From NCBI GenBank assembly GCA_900770445.1, contig CAAGKO010000009.1:5918-69917 (forward strand): a stretch of DNA of 64,000 nucleotides, written 5' to 3'. The first letter of the stretch is position 1. Every line of letters starts with the position of its first letter. Source of the DNA: an uncultured Oribacterium sp. (lineage in GTDB: Bacteria; Bacillota; Clostridia; Lachnospirales; Lachnospiraceae). This document shows positions 18,549-27,728 of the stretch, one piece after another. The notes beneath the pieces are model-generated. The model was not told where the DNA came from. It was given only the letters and a program-made list of their open reading frames with translations, and made no database searches. The position numbers and the translations under genes were made by a program.

Positions 18549-18660
18549 CCTACCGCATTTCCATGTAAATCGGTCATGATCGTATCAATCACCGACAGAT
18601 GGACATCGAAATGTGGTGGGGATCACAAACCACCATATATCTTTTTAGGAGGAGAAAATT

Positions 18661-20766
18661 ATGAGTACTACATCGGTTCCTGAGCTTTACGGAAGCCTTG
18701 TATTTAACGACAAGGTCATGCGCGAGCGACTGCCGAAGGACATCTACAAGGCAGTGCACAAGACCATCCAGAACGGATCCCATCTGGAGCTGGACGTGGC
18801 GAATACCGTCGCAGCGACGATGAAGGAGTGGGCACTGGAGCATGGCGCGACCCACTTCACACACTGGTTCCAGCCGATGACCGGCCTGACCGCAGAAAAG
18901 CATGACAGCTTCATTTCCCCGAGCGAAAACGGAAGCGTCATCATGGAGTTCTCCGGCAAGGAGCTCGTCAAGGGCGAGCCGGATGCCTCCTCCTTCCCGA
19001 GTGGCGGCCTCCGTGCCACCTTCGAGGCCCGCGGCTATACCGCATGGGACCCGAGCTCACCTGCCTTCATCAAGGACGGCACCCTGTACATCCCGACCGC
19101 ATTCTGCTCGTACTCCGGCGAATCCCTCGATAAGAAGACCCCGCTGCTCCGCTCCATGGAGACCCTGAGCGAGTCTGCGACGAAGCTGCTCCACATCCTC
19201 GGCAAGGAAAAGGTCACCCGCGTCGACACCACCGTCGGCTCCGAGCAGGAGTACTTCCTGATCGATAAGGACCTCTACACCGAGCGTGAGGACCTCATGC
19301 TCACCGGCCGTACCCTGATCGGCGCTCCGGCACCGAAGGGGCAGGAGATGGAGGATCACTACTTCGGCGTACTGAAGCCAAAGGTATCCGAGTTCATGCA
19401 CGATCTCGACCAGGAGCTCTGGAAGCTCGGCGTTCCGGCGAAGACCAAGCACAACGAAGTGGCACCGTCACAGCACGAGCTGGCACCTGTCTTTGAGACC
19501 GCCAATATCGCCGTCGACCACAATCAGCTTACCATGGAGATGATGAAGAAGGTCGCCGACAAGCATAATTATGCATGCCTCCTGCACGAGAAGCCTTTCG
19601 AGGGCATCAACGGCTCCGGTAAGCACAACAACTGGTCCATGATCACCTCCGAGGGTGAGAACCTGCTCGATCCGGGCAAGACGCCGGGGAAGAACGTTCA
19701 GTTCCTGCTCTTCCTCATGGGTATCGTCAGTGCAGTGGATGAGTATGCAGATCTGATGCGTGTATCCGTCGCAACCGCGGGCAATGATCACCGCCTGGGC
19801 GCAAATGAAGCACCTCCAGCCATCGTTTCCATCTATGTCGGCGATGAGCTCGAGAAGGTCCTCGAGTCCATCGAAAACGGCGAGGATTTCACCTCCTCGG
19901 ATTCGAAGCAGCTTGAGACCGGTGCCCACGTTCTGCCACACTTCGTACAGGACAACACCGACCGTAACCGTACCTCACCGTTTGCCTTCACCGGCAACAA
20001 GTTCGAGTTCCGTATGCCGGGCTCCTCACTTTCCGTCGCAGACCCGAACATCGTACTGAACACCGCCGTCGCGGAGGCACTCGACCAGATCTGCGCGAAG
20101 CTCGAGGACGTCGATCCGAAGGATCTCGAGGAAGAGGCGATGAAGCTCGTCAAGAAGCTCCTCAAGAAGCACAGAAGAATCATCTTCAACGGTAACGGTT
20201 ACACCGATGCGTGGGTAGCCGAGGCAGAGAAGAGAGGCCTCTACAACCTCAAGTCCCTCCCGGAGGCGATGCCGCAGATCAAGGCAAAGAAGAACAAGGA
20301 GCTCTTCGAAAAGCACCACGTCTTCACCGAGACCGAGATCGACTCCCGCTATGAGATCTACCTCGAGAACTACTCGAAGACCATCCGCATCGAGGCACTC
20401 ACCATGCTCGAGATGGTCAAGAAGGACTTCACCGACGGCTTGATGGCATATGAAACCGCCCTCACCGACACCGCGATCCAGAAGAAGCAGGTACTCGCCG
20501 GCGCGAAGTGCACACTCGAAACCAGCATCCTCACGAAGCTCGACGCCGCATCCGAAGCGATCGGCCTCGCCGTCGAAAAGCTCGAGAAGGACCTCGCCGA
20601 GACCCAGACGATCACTGACAGCCTCGCCCTCGCCACCGCGTACCACGACACCATCCTCGCCGACATGGATGCCCTCCGTGCCCCGGTCGACGCAGCCGAA
20701 GAGATGATCCCGGAGACCTACCTCCCGTACCCGACCTACTCGAAGCTCCTGTTCTCACTTAGATAA
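18661..20766 (+). CDS. glnN: Glutamine synthetase type III
   Basis: ~700-aa GS-III architecture (N-terminal MSTTSVPELYGSLVFND..., core HEKPFEGINGSGKHNNWS). Confidence 0.9.
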   Translation: MSTTSVPELYGSLVFNDKVMRERLPKDIYKAVHKTIQNGSHLELDVANTVAATMKEWALEHGATHFTHWFQPMTGLTAEKHDSFISPSENGSVIMEFSGKELVKGEPDASSFPSGGLRATFEARGYTAWDPSSPAFIKDGTLYIPTAFCSYSGESLDKKTPLLRSMETLSESATKLLHILGKEKVTRVDTTVGSEQEYFLIDKDLYTEREDLMLTGRTLIGAPAPKGQEMEDHYFGVLKPKVSEFMHDLDQELWKLGVPAKTKHNEVAPSQHELAPVFETANIAVDHNQLTMEMMKKVADKHNYACLLHEKPFEGINGSGKHNNWSMITSEGENLLDPGKTPGKNVQFLLFLMGIVSAVDEYADLMRVSVATAGNDHRLGANEAPPAIVSIYVGDELEKVLESIENGEDFTSSDSKQLETGAHVLPHFVQDNTDRNRTSPFAFTGNKFEFRMPGSSLSVADPNIVLNTAVAEALDQICAKLEDVDPKDLEEEAMKLVKKLLKKHRRIIFNGNGYTDAWVAEAEKRGLYNLKSLPEAMPQIKAKKNKELFEKHHVFTETEIDSRYEIYLENYSKTIRIEALTMLEMVKKDFTDGLMAYETALTDTAIQKKQVLAGAKCTLETSILTKLDAASEAIGLAVEKLEKDLAETQTITDSLALATAYHDTILADMDALRAPVDAAEEMIPETYLPYPTYSKLLFSLR

Positions 20767-20772
20767 ATGACA

Positions 20773-20803
20773 GGATCTGACCCCACTTCGTGGCGTCAGA
20801 TCC
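20773..20803 (+). terminator. Hairpin GGATCTGACCCCACTTCGTGGCGTCAGATCC after glnN
   Basis: 9-bp perfect stem immediately after the stop codon; a variant of the recurring GGGGTCAGACCCC family. Confidence 0.5.
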
Positions 20804-20816
20804 TTCTGAATAAAAC

Positions 20817-21150
20817 CTTACGGCAGAAGAAATCGGCGCAGGGACCACGAATTTACGGTAGAAGAAATCGGCGCATGGAGGTCGCCACGAACGTACGGCA
20901 GAAGAAATCGGAACAGGGAGGGGACATAATTGCGCATTCAAAGAACAGGTTCCAGTGTAATGTACGTCATGAACACACAGAACGTGTTCTGTGATGGGCA
21001 TGACGAACATTGCACTGGGTTCTGTACTTTGAACTAAGTGAGTTGTCCCCTCCCTGTCCGATTTCTTCGTACTATACATTAGCGGCGCGACCTCCATGAC
21101 CGATTTCTTCGTACCATGAATCCCCTCCCTGTCCGATTTCTTCGTACCAT
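20817..21150. repeat. ~335-bp near-perfect palindrome: three direct ~32-bp units (TACGGCAGAAGAAATCGG...GGAGG), a palindromic core, then three inverted units. It ends 2 nt before the gltB RBS.
   Basis: L2 (20852-20885) is the exact complement of R2 (21083-21115). L3 (20893-20925) is the exact complement of R3 (21045-21075), and R1 (21118-21150) repeats that unit. The core 20926-21044 is itself palindromic. Confidence 0.85.
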
Positions 21151-21166
21151 ATTTAGTGGAGTATAT

Positions 21167-24100
21167 ATGAATACTTATCAAAATCAGAGCACCTTTACTG
21201 TGCCAGAGCAGTACAGGGGACACAACACACTCTGGCGTCCCCAGTCCATCGAGGACATGAATGAGCTCACCCAGGATGCCTGCGGTATCGGCAGCGTCGT
21301 GAACATCGACGGCCACCAGGATACGCGCGTCCTGGACGATGCACTGCATATCGTGGAAAAGCTCGAGCACCGCGCCGGTAAGGACGCGAGCGGCAAGGTC
21401 GGCGATGGCGTCGGCATCCTCCTGCAGATCAGCCACAGCTTCTTTAAGAAGGCGGCACTCACGCAGGGGATCCAGCTTCGTGACGAGCGTGACTACGGTG
21501 TCGGCATGTTTTTCTTCCCGGAGGACCAGCTGAAGCGGACCTTCGCGAAGCGTATGTTCGAGGTCATCACCGAGAAGAACGGACTCCGTTTCCTCGGCTG
21601 GCGTGAGGTGCCGGTGCATCCGGAGATCCTCGGTCAGGTGGCGGTCGACTGCATGCCGCATATCCTGCAGTGCTTCATCGAGCGCCCGGAGGACGCAGAG
21701 AGAGGCATCGATTTTGATCGGCGTTTATATGTACTTCGCCGCGAGTTCGAGCAGTCCTCAGAGGATACCTATATCTGTTCTCTGAGCTCCCGGACCATCG
21801 TATATAAGGGCATGTTCCTGGTAAAGCAGCTCCGTGCCTTCTATGATGACCTGCGTGACCCGGATTATCGGACCGCCATCGCCATCGTGCACTCCCGTTT
21901 CTCGACGAATACCACGCCGAGCTGGGATCGTGCGCATCCATACCGCATGATCGCCCATAACGGTGAGATCAATACCATCCGTGGAAACATTGACCGTATG
22001 CTCGCCCGTGAGGAGACCATGTCGAGCCCGCTGCTCGAGAAGGACGTGGAGAAGATCTTCCCGGTCGTGGAGCGCAGTGGATCGGATTCCGCGATGCTCG
22101 ACAACACCCTCGAGTTCCTCTACATGAACGGCATCGATCTGCCGCTCGCGATGATGATGACCATCCCGGAGCCGTGGAAGCACAACCGCTTCATGGACCA
22201 GAATAAGAAGGATTTCTATCACTACTACGCAACCATGATGGAGCCGTGGGATGGACCGGCGGCGATCCTCTTCTCCGATGGTGATGTGGTCGGCGCGACC
22301 CTCGACCGTAACGGCCTTCGTCCGTCCAGATACTACATCACCGACGACAACCGACTGATCCTGTCCTCCGAGGTCGGCGTCCTCGACATCGACCCGAAGC
22401 ACATCGTGCAGAAGTCCCGACTCCAGCCGGGCCGTATGCTGCTCGTCGACACGAAGGCGCAGCGCATCATCTCGGACGAGGAGTGCAAGGAAGCCTATGC
22501 GGCACGTGAGCCGTACGGTGAGTGGCTCGACCGGAACCTCCTCCACATCGAGGATCTGAAGATCCCGAACCGAAAGATCCCGACGCACACGCAGGAGATG
22601 CGTGACCGCCTCTATAAGGTCTTCGGCTACAGCTACGAGGATGTGAAGTCCGTGATCCTCCCGATGGCCCAGAACGGCATCGAGCAGACCGCGTCGATGG
22701 GCCACGATGTCCCGCTCGCGGTGCTCAGCAAGCAGCATCAGCTCCTGTTTAACTACTTCAAGCAGCTCTTCGCCCAGGTCACCAACCCGCCGATCGACTC
22801 CCTCCGCGAGAAGATCGTCACGGATACGACCGTGTACATCGGCTCCGATGGTAATCTGCTGCAGGATCAGGCCGACAACTGCCGCGTGCTCGAGGTGGAG
22901 AATCCGATCCTCACGGGCGTCGAGCTCATGAAGATCAAGGACCTCAACCAGCCGGGCTTCCGGACCGAGGTGATCTCGCTTCTCTACTATAAGAACACAT
23001 CTCTCGAGAAGGCCCTGGAGCAGCTCAATATTTCGGTCGATCGTGCATACCAGCGCGGCTACAACATCATCATCCTGAGCGATCGTGGGGTCGACGAGAA
23101 CCATGTGCCGATTCCGTCCCTGCTGGCGGTGAGCTCCGTCGAGCAGCATCTCGTCCAGACGAAGAAGCGGACCGCCGTGTCCCTGATCCTCGAGTCTGCT
23201 GAACCACGTGATGTACATCAGTTTGCAACCATCCTCGGCTTCGGTGCCCGTGCGATCAACCCGTACCTCGCCCATGAGTGCATCGCCGAGATGATCGACA
23301 TCGGTATCCTCGATAAGGATTATCATACCGCCATCGAGGACTATAACAAGGCGGTTCTGAACGGCATCGTAAAGATCGCGGCGAAGATGGGTATTTCGAC
23401 GATTCAGTCCTACCAGTCGGCGAAAATCTTTGAGGCCATCGGTCTCAGCAAGGAGCTGGTGGAAAAGTACTTCACCGGTACGGTGTCGAGGGTCGGCGGC
23501 ATTGGCATCCAGGACATCGCCGAGGGCGTAACCTGGCGGCATGACCATGCGTTTGATCCGATGGGATTAAGCCTTGATACCGCGCTCGATTCCGTCGGCT
23601 TCCATCAGCTTCGTTCGGGTCGGGGCACCGAGGATCATCTCTATGATCCGGAGACGATCATTACCCTTCAGCGCTCGGTTCGGAGTGATGAGAGCGATTA
23701 TAAGAAATTTAAGGAGTACACGGCGCGCATCGATGACGAGCGTCGGCCGCATACACTGCGTGGACTTCTGAAGTTTGCGCCGAAGAATCAGCCGGTGCCG
23801 ATCGAGGAGGTCGAGCCGGTATCGTCCATCGTGAAGCGTTTCAAGACCGGTGCGATGTCCTACGGTTCGATTTCGCAGGAGGCGCACGAGGCGATGGCCA
23901 TCGCGATGAACCGCCTCGGCGGCAAGTCCAACACCGGTGAGGGTGGTGAGCACCCGGATCGTTTCGGTACCGAGCGGAATTCCGCCATCAAACAGGTTGC
24001 GTCCGGTCGTTTCGGCGTGACCAGTGCCTATCTCAACTCCGCCGTCGAGATCCAGATCAAGATGGCGCAGGGCGCGAAGCCGGGCGAGGGCGGCCATCTG

Positions 24101-25786
24101 CCGGGCAAGAAGGTCTATCCGTGGATCGCGAAGACCCGTTTTTCGACCCCGGGTGTGTCCCTCATTTCCCCGCCGCCTCACCACGATATCTACAGTATCG
24201 AGGACCTGGCGCAGCTGATCTATGATCTGAAGAACGCGAACCGCCGTGCCGCGATCGCCGTCAAGCTCGTGTCCGAAAACGGCGTCGGCACCATCGCAAG
24301 TGGTGTTGCCAAGGCTGGCGCCCAGGTCATCCTCGTGTCCGGCTACGATGGAGGTACCGGTGCGGCACCGATGACCTCGATCCACCATGCGGGTCTTCCG
24401 TGGGAGCTCGGCATCACCGAGGCGCACCATGCGCTGATCGAGAACGGGCTTCGTAACCGCGTCAAGCTCGAGACCGATGGTAAACTGATGACCGGCCGCG
24501 ATGTCGTGATCGCTGCACTGCTCGGTGCGGAGGAGTATGGCTTCGCGACGACCGCGCTCGTCTGCCTCGGCTGCATGATGATGCGTGTCTGCAACAAGGA
24601 TACCTGTCCGTTCGGCGTCGCTACCCAGAACGACGTTCTCCGCAAGCGCTTCACGGGCAAGCCGGAGTACGTCATGAACTTCATGCGCTTCATCGCACAG
24701 GAGATGCGCGAGTACATGGCGGAGCTCGGTTTCCGTACCGTGGACGAGATGATCGGCCGTACCGACTGTCTCACGGTCAATGCTTCGGCCGCGCAGGTCA
24801 CCACGCGCTCGGCAGAGGTGGATCTCTCTGCGATTCTGGATCCGCGCTATGCGACCCTTCCGGAAGAGGAGCGTCACTTTGACCCGAAGCATGTCTATGA
24901 TTTCCATCTCGAGAAGACCCTCGATGAGTCAGTGCTTCTCCGGAAGTTTGCCCCGGCCATCGCGAGCGGTCAGCACCACGAGGAGAGGGTCGAGGTTTCG
25001 AGCACGAACCGTACCTTCGGTACCATCCTCGGCTCCGAGATCACCGATCACTACGGCATGACACCGGAGGGCGATACCCTGCCGGATGATACCTTCGTGG
25101 TCGAGGCGTACGGCGGTGGCGGCCAGTCCTTCGGTGCCTTTATCCCGAAGGGCCTGACGATCCGTCTCCATGGCGATGCCAATGATGGCTTCGGTAAGGG
25201 CCTGAGCGGCGGTAAGCTCGTCGTGGTGCCACCGGAGGGAAGTCCGTTCCGCGCCAGTGAGAACATCATCGTCGGCAACGTCGCCCTCTATGGTGCGACG
25301 GCCGGCAAGTGCTATGTGAACGGTGTCGCCGGTGAGCGCTTCTGCGTTCGTAATTCCGGTGCGACGGCGGTCGCCGAGGGCTGTGGCGATCATGGCCTCG
25401 AGTACATGACCGGCGGACGTGCCGTCATCCTCGGACCGACCGGCAAGAACTTCGCCGCCGGTATGTCCGGTGGTATCGCCTACGTCCTCGATATGGATCA
25501 CTCGCTCTATCTCAAGCTCAACAAGGACATGGTTTCCCTGCTGGAGGTCACCGAGAAGTATGACATCCAGGAGCTGAAGGAGATCCTCACGGATTATGTG
25601 AAGGAGACGAAGTCGGAGCTCGGCACAGAGATCCTCCGGAACTTCGATATGTTCCTCCCGAGCTTCAAGAAAATCGTGCCGAACGACTACCAGAAGGTAC
25701 TGACCGCGGTCAGCCACTTCGAAGAGCAGGGCATCTCCCATGAAAATGCGGAGCTGGAAGCTTTTAAGTCTTTGTTTGCAGTGTAG
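21167..25786 (+). CDS. gltB: Glutamate synthase large subunit
   Basis: N-terminal ...DACGIGSV Ntn-amidotransferase start. FMN/Fe-S central domain and C-terminal GXGXG-type domain. RBS GGAG before the ATG at 21167. The ORF-track start at 21116 overlaps the palindrome. Confidence 0.9.
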   Translation: MNTYQNQSTFTVPEQYRGHNTLWRPQSIEDMNELTQDACGIGSVVNIDGHQDTRVLDDALHIVEKLEHRAGKDASGKVGDGVGILLQISHSFFKKAALTQGIQLRDERDYGVGMFFFPEDQLKRTFAKRMFEVITEKNGLRFLGWREVPVHPEILGQVAVDCMPHILQCFIERPEDAERGIDFDRRLYVLRREFEQSSEDTYICSLSSRTIVYKGMFLVKQLRAFYDDLRDPDYRTAIAIVHSRFSTNTTPSWDRAHPYRMIAHNGEINTIRGNIDRMLAREETMSSPLLEKDVEKIFPVVERSGSDSAMLDNTLEFLYMNGIDLPLAMMMTIPEPWKHNRFMDQNKKDFYHYYATMMEPWDGPAAILFSDGDVVGATLDRNGLRPSRYYITDDNRLILSSEVGVLDIDPKHIVQKSRLQPGRMLLVDTKAQRIISDEECKEAYAAREPYGEWLDRNLLHIEDLKIPNRKIPTHTQEMRDRLYKVFGYSYEDVKSVILPMAQNGIEQTASMGHDVPLAVLSKQHQLLFNYFKQLFAQVTNPPIDSLREKIVTDTTVYIGSDGNLLQDQADNCRVLEVENPILTGVELMKIKDLNQPGFRTEVISLLYYKNTSLEKALEQLNISVDRAYQRGYNIIILSDRGVDENHVPIPSLLAVSSVEQHLVQTKKRTAVSLILESAEPRDVHQFATILGFGARAINPYLAHECIAEMIDIGILDKDYHTAIEDYNKAVLNGIVKIAAKMGISTIQSYQSAKIFEAIGLSKELVEKYFTGTVSRVGGIGIQDIAEGVTWRHDHAFDPMGLSLDTALDSVGFHQLRSGRGTEDHLYDPETIITLQRSVRSDESDYKKFKEYTARIDDERRPHTLRGLLKFAPKNQPVPIEEVEPVSSIVKRFKTGAMSYGSISQEAHEAMAIAMNRLGGKSNTGEGGEHPDRFGTERNSAIKQVASGRFGVTSAYLNSAVEIQIKMAQGAKPGEGGHLPGKKVYPWIAKTRFSTPGVSLISPPPHHDIYSIEDLAQLIYDLKNANRRAAIAVKLVSENGVGTIASGVAKAGAQVILVSGYDGGTGAAPMTSIHHAGLPWELGITEAHHALIENGLRNRVKLETDGKLMTGRDVVIAALLGAEEYGFATTALVCLGCMMMRVCNKDTCPFGVATQNDVLRKRFTGKPEYVMNFMRFIAQEMREYMAELGFRTVDEMIGRTDCLTVNASAAQVTTRSAEVDLSAILDPRYATLPEEERHFDPKHVYDFHLEKTLDESVLLRKFAPAIASGQHHEERVEVSSTNRTFGTILGSEITDHYGMTPEGDTLPDDTFVVEAYGGGGQSFGAFIPKGLTIRLHGDANDGFGKGLSGGKLVVVPPEGSPFRASENIIVGNVALYGATAGKCYVNGVAGERFCVRNSGATAVAEGCGDHGLEYMTGGRAVILGPTGKNFAAGMSGGIAYVLDMDHSLYLKLNKDMVSLLEVTEKYDIQELKEILTDYVKETKSELGTEILRNFDMFLPSFKKIVPNDYQKVLTAVSHFEEQGISHENAELEAFKSLFAV

Positions 25787-25822
25787 GAGTTTGCAATATC
25801 TATAGAGATAGAGGGAGTATTC

Positions 25823-27352
25823 ATGGGTAAGGTAACAGGATTTCTCGACTATGCGAGAGAAGATAATAAAGACGTTCCGGTAGAGGAGCGTATCAAAAAC
25901 TTTAAAGAATTTCATATCCCCCTCACGGAGGAGGAGCGTCGGAAGCAGGGCGCGCGCTGCATGAACTGCGGTGTCCCGTTCTGCCAGTCCGGCATGAAGC
26001 TGGCGGGCATGTTCACGGGCTGTCCGCTCCACAATCTCTGCCCGGAGTGGAACGATGAGGTCTACAACGGCCACGTCGCCCATGCACTGAGCCGTCTTTT
26101 GAAGACGAACAACTTCCCGGAGTTCACCGGCCGTGTCTGCCCGGCGCTCTGCGAGAAGGCCTGTGTCGAGGGGCTCGATGACGCGCCGGTGACGACACAC
26201 GACAACGAGCTCTACATCATCGAGAAGGCCTTCCGGGAGGGCTACATGCAGCCGCGGATCCCGGAGGTCCGCTCCGGTAAGCGCGTCGCCGTCATCGGTG
26301 CCGGTCCGGCCGGCCTCGCAGTGGCGGATCAGCTGAACCATCGTGGCCACAGCGTCACCGTCTTCGAGCGCGCGGATGAGATCGGCGGTCTCCTCATGTA
26401 CGGTATACCGAACATGAAGCTCGACAAGTCCGTCATCCGTCGTCGCCGCGCCCTCATGGAAGCGGAAGGCGTCGTCTTCCGTACCGGCGTGGACGTGGGC
26501 CGCGAGACATTGACCGCCGGAAAGGGCAGCGCGGTCACCGCGGCATCGATCCTCCGGGACTACGACGCGGTCGTCCTGGCCTGTGGCGCGAAGCAGGCGC
26601 GCGGACTCAATGTGCCGTTCATCGAGCAGGCGCACGGCATCCACTACGCGGTCGACTACCTGACGAGCCAGACGAAGGCCCTCCACGAGCAGGGCGAGCA
26701 TGCCTTCGGCGTCATCAACGCGAAGGGGAAGCATGTCGTCATCGTCGGTGGCGGTGACACCGGAAACGACTGCTGCGGTACCGCGATCCGCCAGGGTGCG
26801 AAGTCGGTGACCCAGATCGAGATGATGCCGGAGCCGCCGGTCGAGCGTGCAGCGTCGAATCCGTGGCCGGAGTGGCCGAAGGTCCTGAAGGTCGATTACG
26901 GCCAGCAGGAGGCCATCCGCGTCTTCGGACATGACCCGCGCGTTTACGAGACGACGATCAAGGCCATCGAGACGAAGAAGGACGGCAGCATCAAGGCCGT
27001 CATCACCTCGAAGGTGAAGTTCGAGAATCGGCAGATGGTACTCGTCGAGGGCACGGAGCAGAAGCTGCCGTGTGACCTCCTCATCATCGCCGCCGGCTTC
27101 ACCGGCTGCGAAAGCTACGTCGCCGACGCCTTCGGTGTCGCACTCACCGAGCGCCATGTCGTAAAGACGGAGGCGGAGCACTACCACACGGAAAGCGCAG
27201 AGAAGCCGATGGCTGCTGCAAATGCCGCGAAGATCTTCACCGCAGGCGACATGCACCGCGGACAGTCCCTCGTCGTCTGGGCCATCGCCGAAGGCCGCGC
27301 CTGTGCAAGCGAAGTCGACGCGTACCTGATGGGTTACAGCTGCCTCGCGTAA
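25823..27352 (+). CDS. gltD: Glutamate synthase small subunit (NADPH-dependent oxidoreductase)
   Basis: N-terminal Fe-S cysteine cluster (CMNCGVPFC...C) and two Rossmann GXGXXG motifs (VIGAGPAG, VIVGGGDTGNDC). Confidence 0.85.
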   Translation: MGKVTGFLDYAREDNKDVPVEERIKNFKEFHIPLTEEERRKQGARCMNCGVPFCQSGMKLAGMFTGCPLHNLCPEWNDEVYNGHVAHALSRLLKTNNFPEFTGRVCPALCEKACVEGLDDAPVTTHDNELYIIEKAFREGYMQPRIPEVRSGKRVAVIGAGPAGLAVADQLNHRGHSVTVFERADEIGGLLMYGIPNMKLDKSVIRRRRALMEAEGVVFRTGVDVGRETLTAGKGSAVTAASILRDYDAVVLACGAKQARGLNVPFIEQAHGIHYAVDYLTSQTKALHEQGEHAFGVINAKGKHVVIVGGGDTGNDCCGTAIRQGAKSVTQIEMMPEPPVERAASNPWPEWPKVLKVDYGQQEAIRVFGHDPRVYETTIKAIETKKDGSIKAVITSKVKFENRQMVLVEGTEQKLPCDLLIIAAGFTGCESYVADAFGVALTERHVVKTEAEHYHTESAEKPMAAANAAKIFTAGDMHRGQSLVVWAIAEGRACASEVDAYLMGYSCLA

Positions 27353-27359
27353 GAGTGGA

Positions 27360-27640
27360 CTGGACACGTGAAGGCTTATATGAAAATTGTGTCTATGGAT
27401 TTCTTCGTAAAAATCAGAAATCGAGGAGCAAAATAGACGCAGATACATCTATTATGAAATAGTGTCTATAAAATCGACGATTGACATCAAAAATTGAAGT
27501 CAGATCTCGAGTTTTATAGACACTATTTTTATATGAGCTTCTTCGTATATATTTTCTATCCAGAATCTGGCTCCGAAGCTCAAATTTCGTAGACACGATT
27601 TTTAAAACGACGCATCTATGTATAGTTTCTTTGAAAACCT
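27360..27640. repeat. Intergenic block of AAATAGTGTCTATA / TATAGACACTATTT hairpin sub-repeats, related to the interior of the 586-970 element
   Basis: Shared 13-15-mers (ATAGACACGATTT, TTATAGACAC) appear in both orientations. Confidence 0.5.
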
Positions 27641-27728
27641 GCTTTTGGACAGGAGATGATTGGTGCTGCCGCGCGAGCATCCGGCTTGATTTCCAGCAAA
27701 CCATCGCGCGCGGCCCGGAAATATCTGC

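Noticed and set aside
20926-21044. GlnR/TnrA box (TGTNA-N7-TNACA) in the gltB upstream palindrome core
   Set aside because: The near-matches (e.g. CACAGAACGTGTTCTGTG) do not fit the 17-bp consensus spacing. This clostridial-type locus uses an ANTAR regulator instead.
21758-23548. 596-aa ORF on the minus strand antisense to gltB. Similar long antisense ORFs lie at 12476-14026, 4430-6091, 24929-27448, 36240-37127, 58593-60416 and 61749-63245.
   Set aside because: The high-GC, stop-poor antisense frames overlap well-supported genes (gltB, asnB, glnS, gltD, nadE, U32, PBP). The translations are Arg/Ala/Pro-rich low complexity with no motifs and no RBS.
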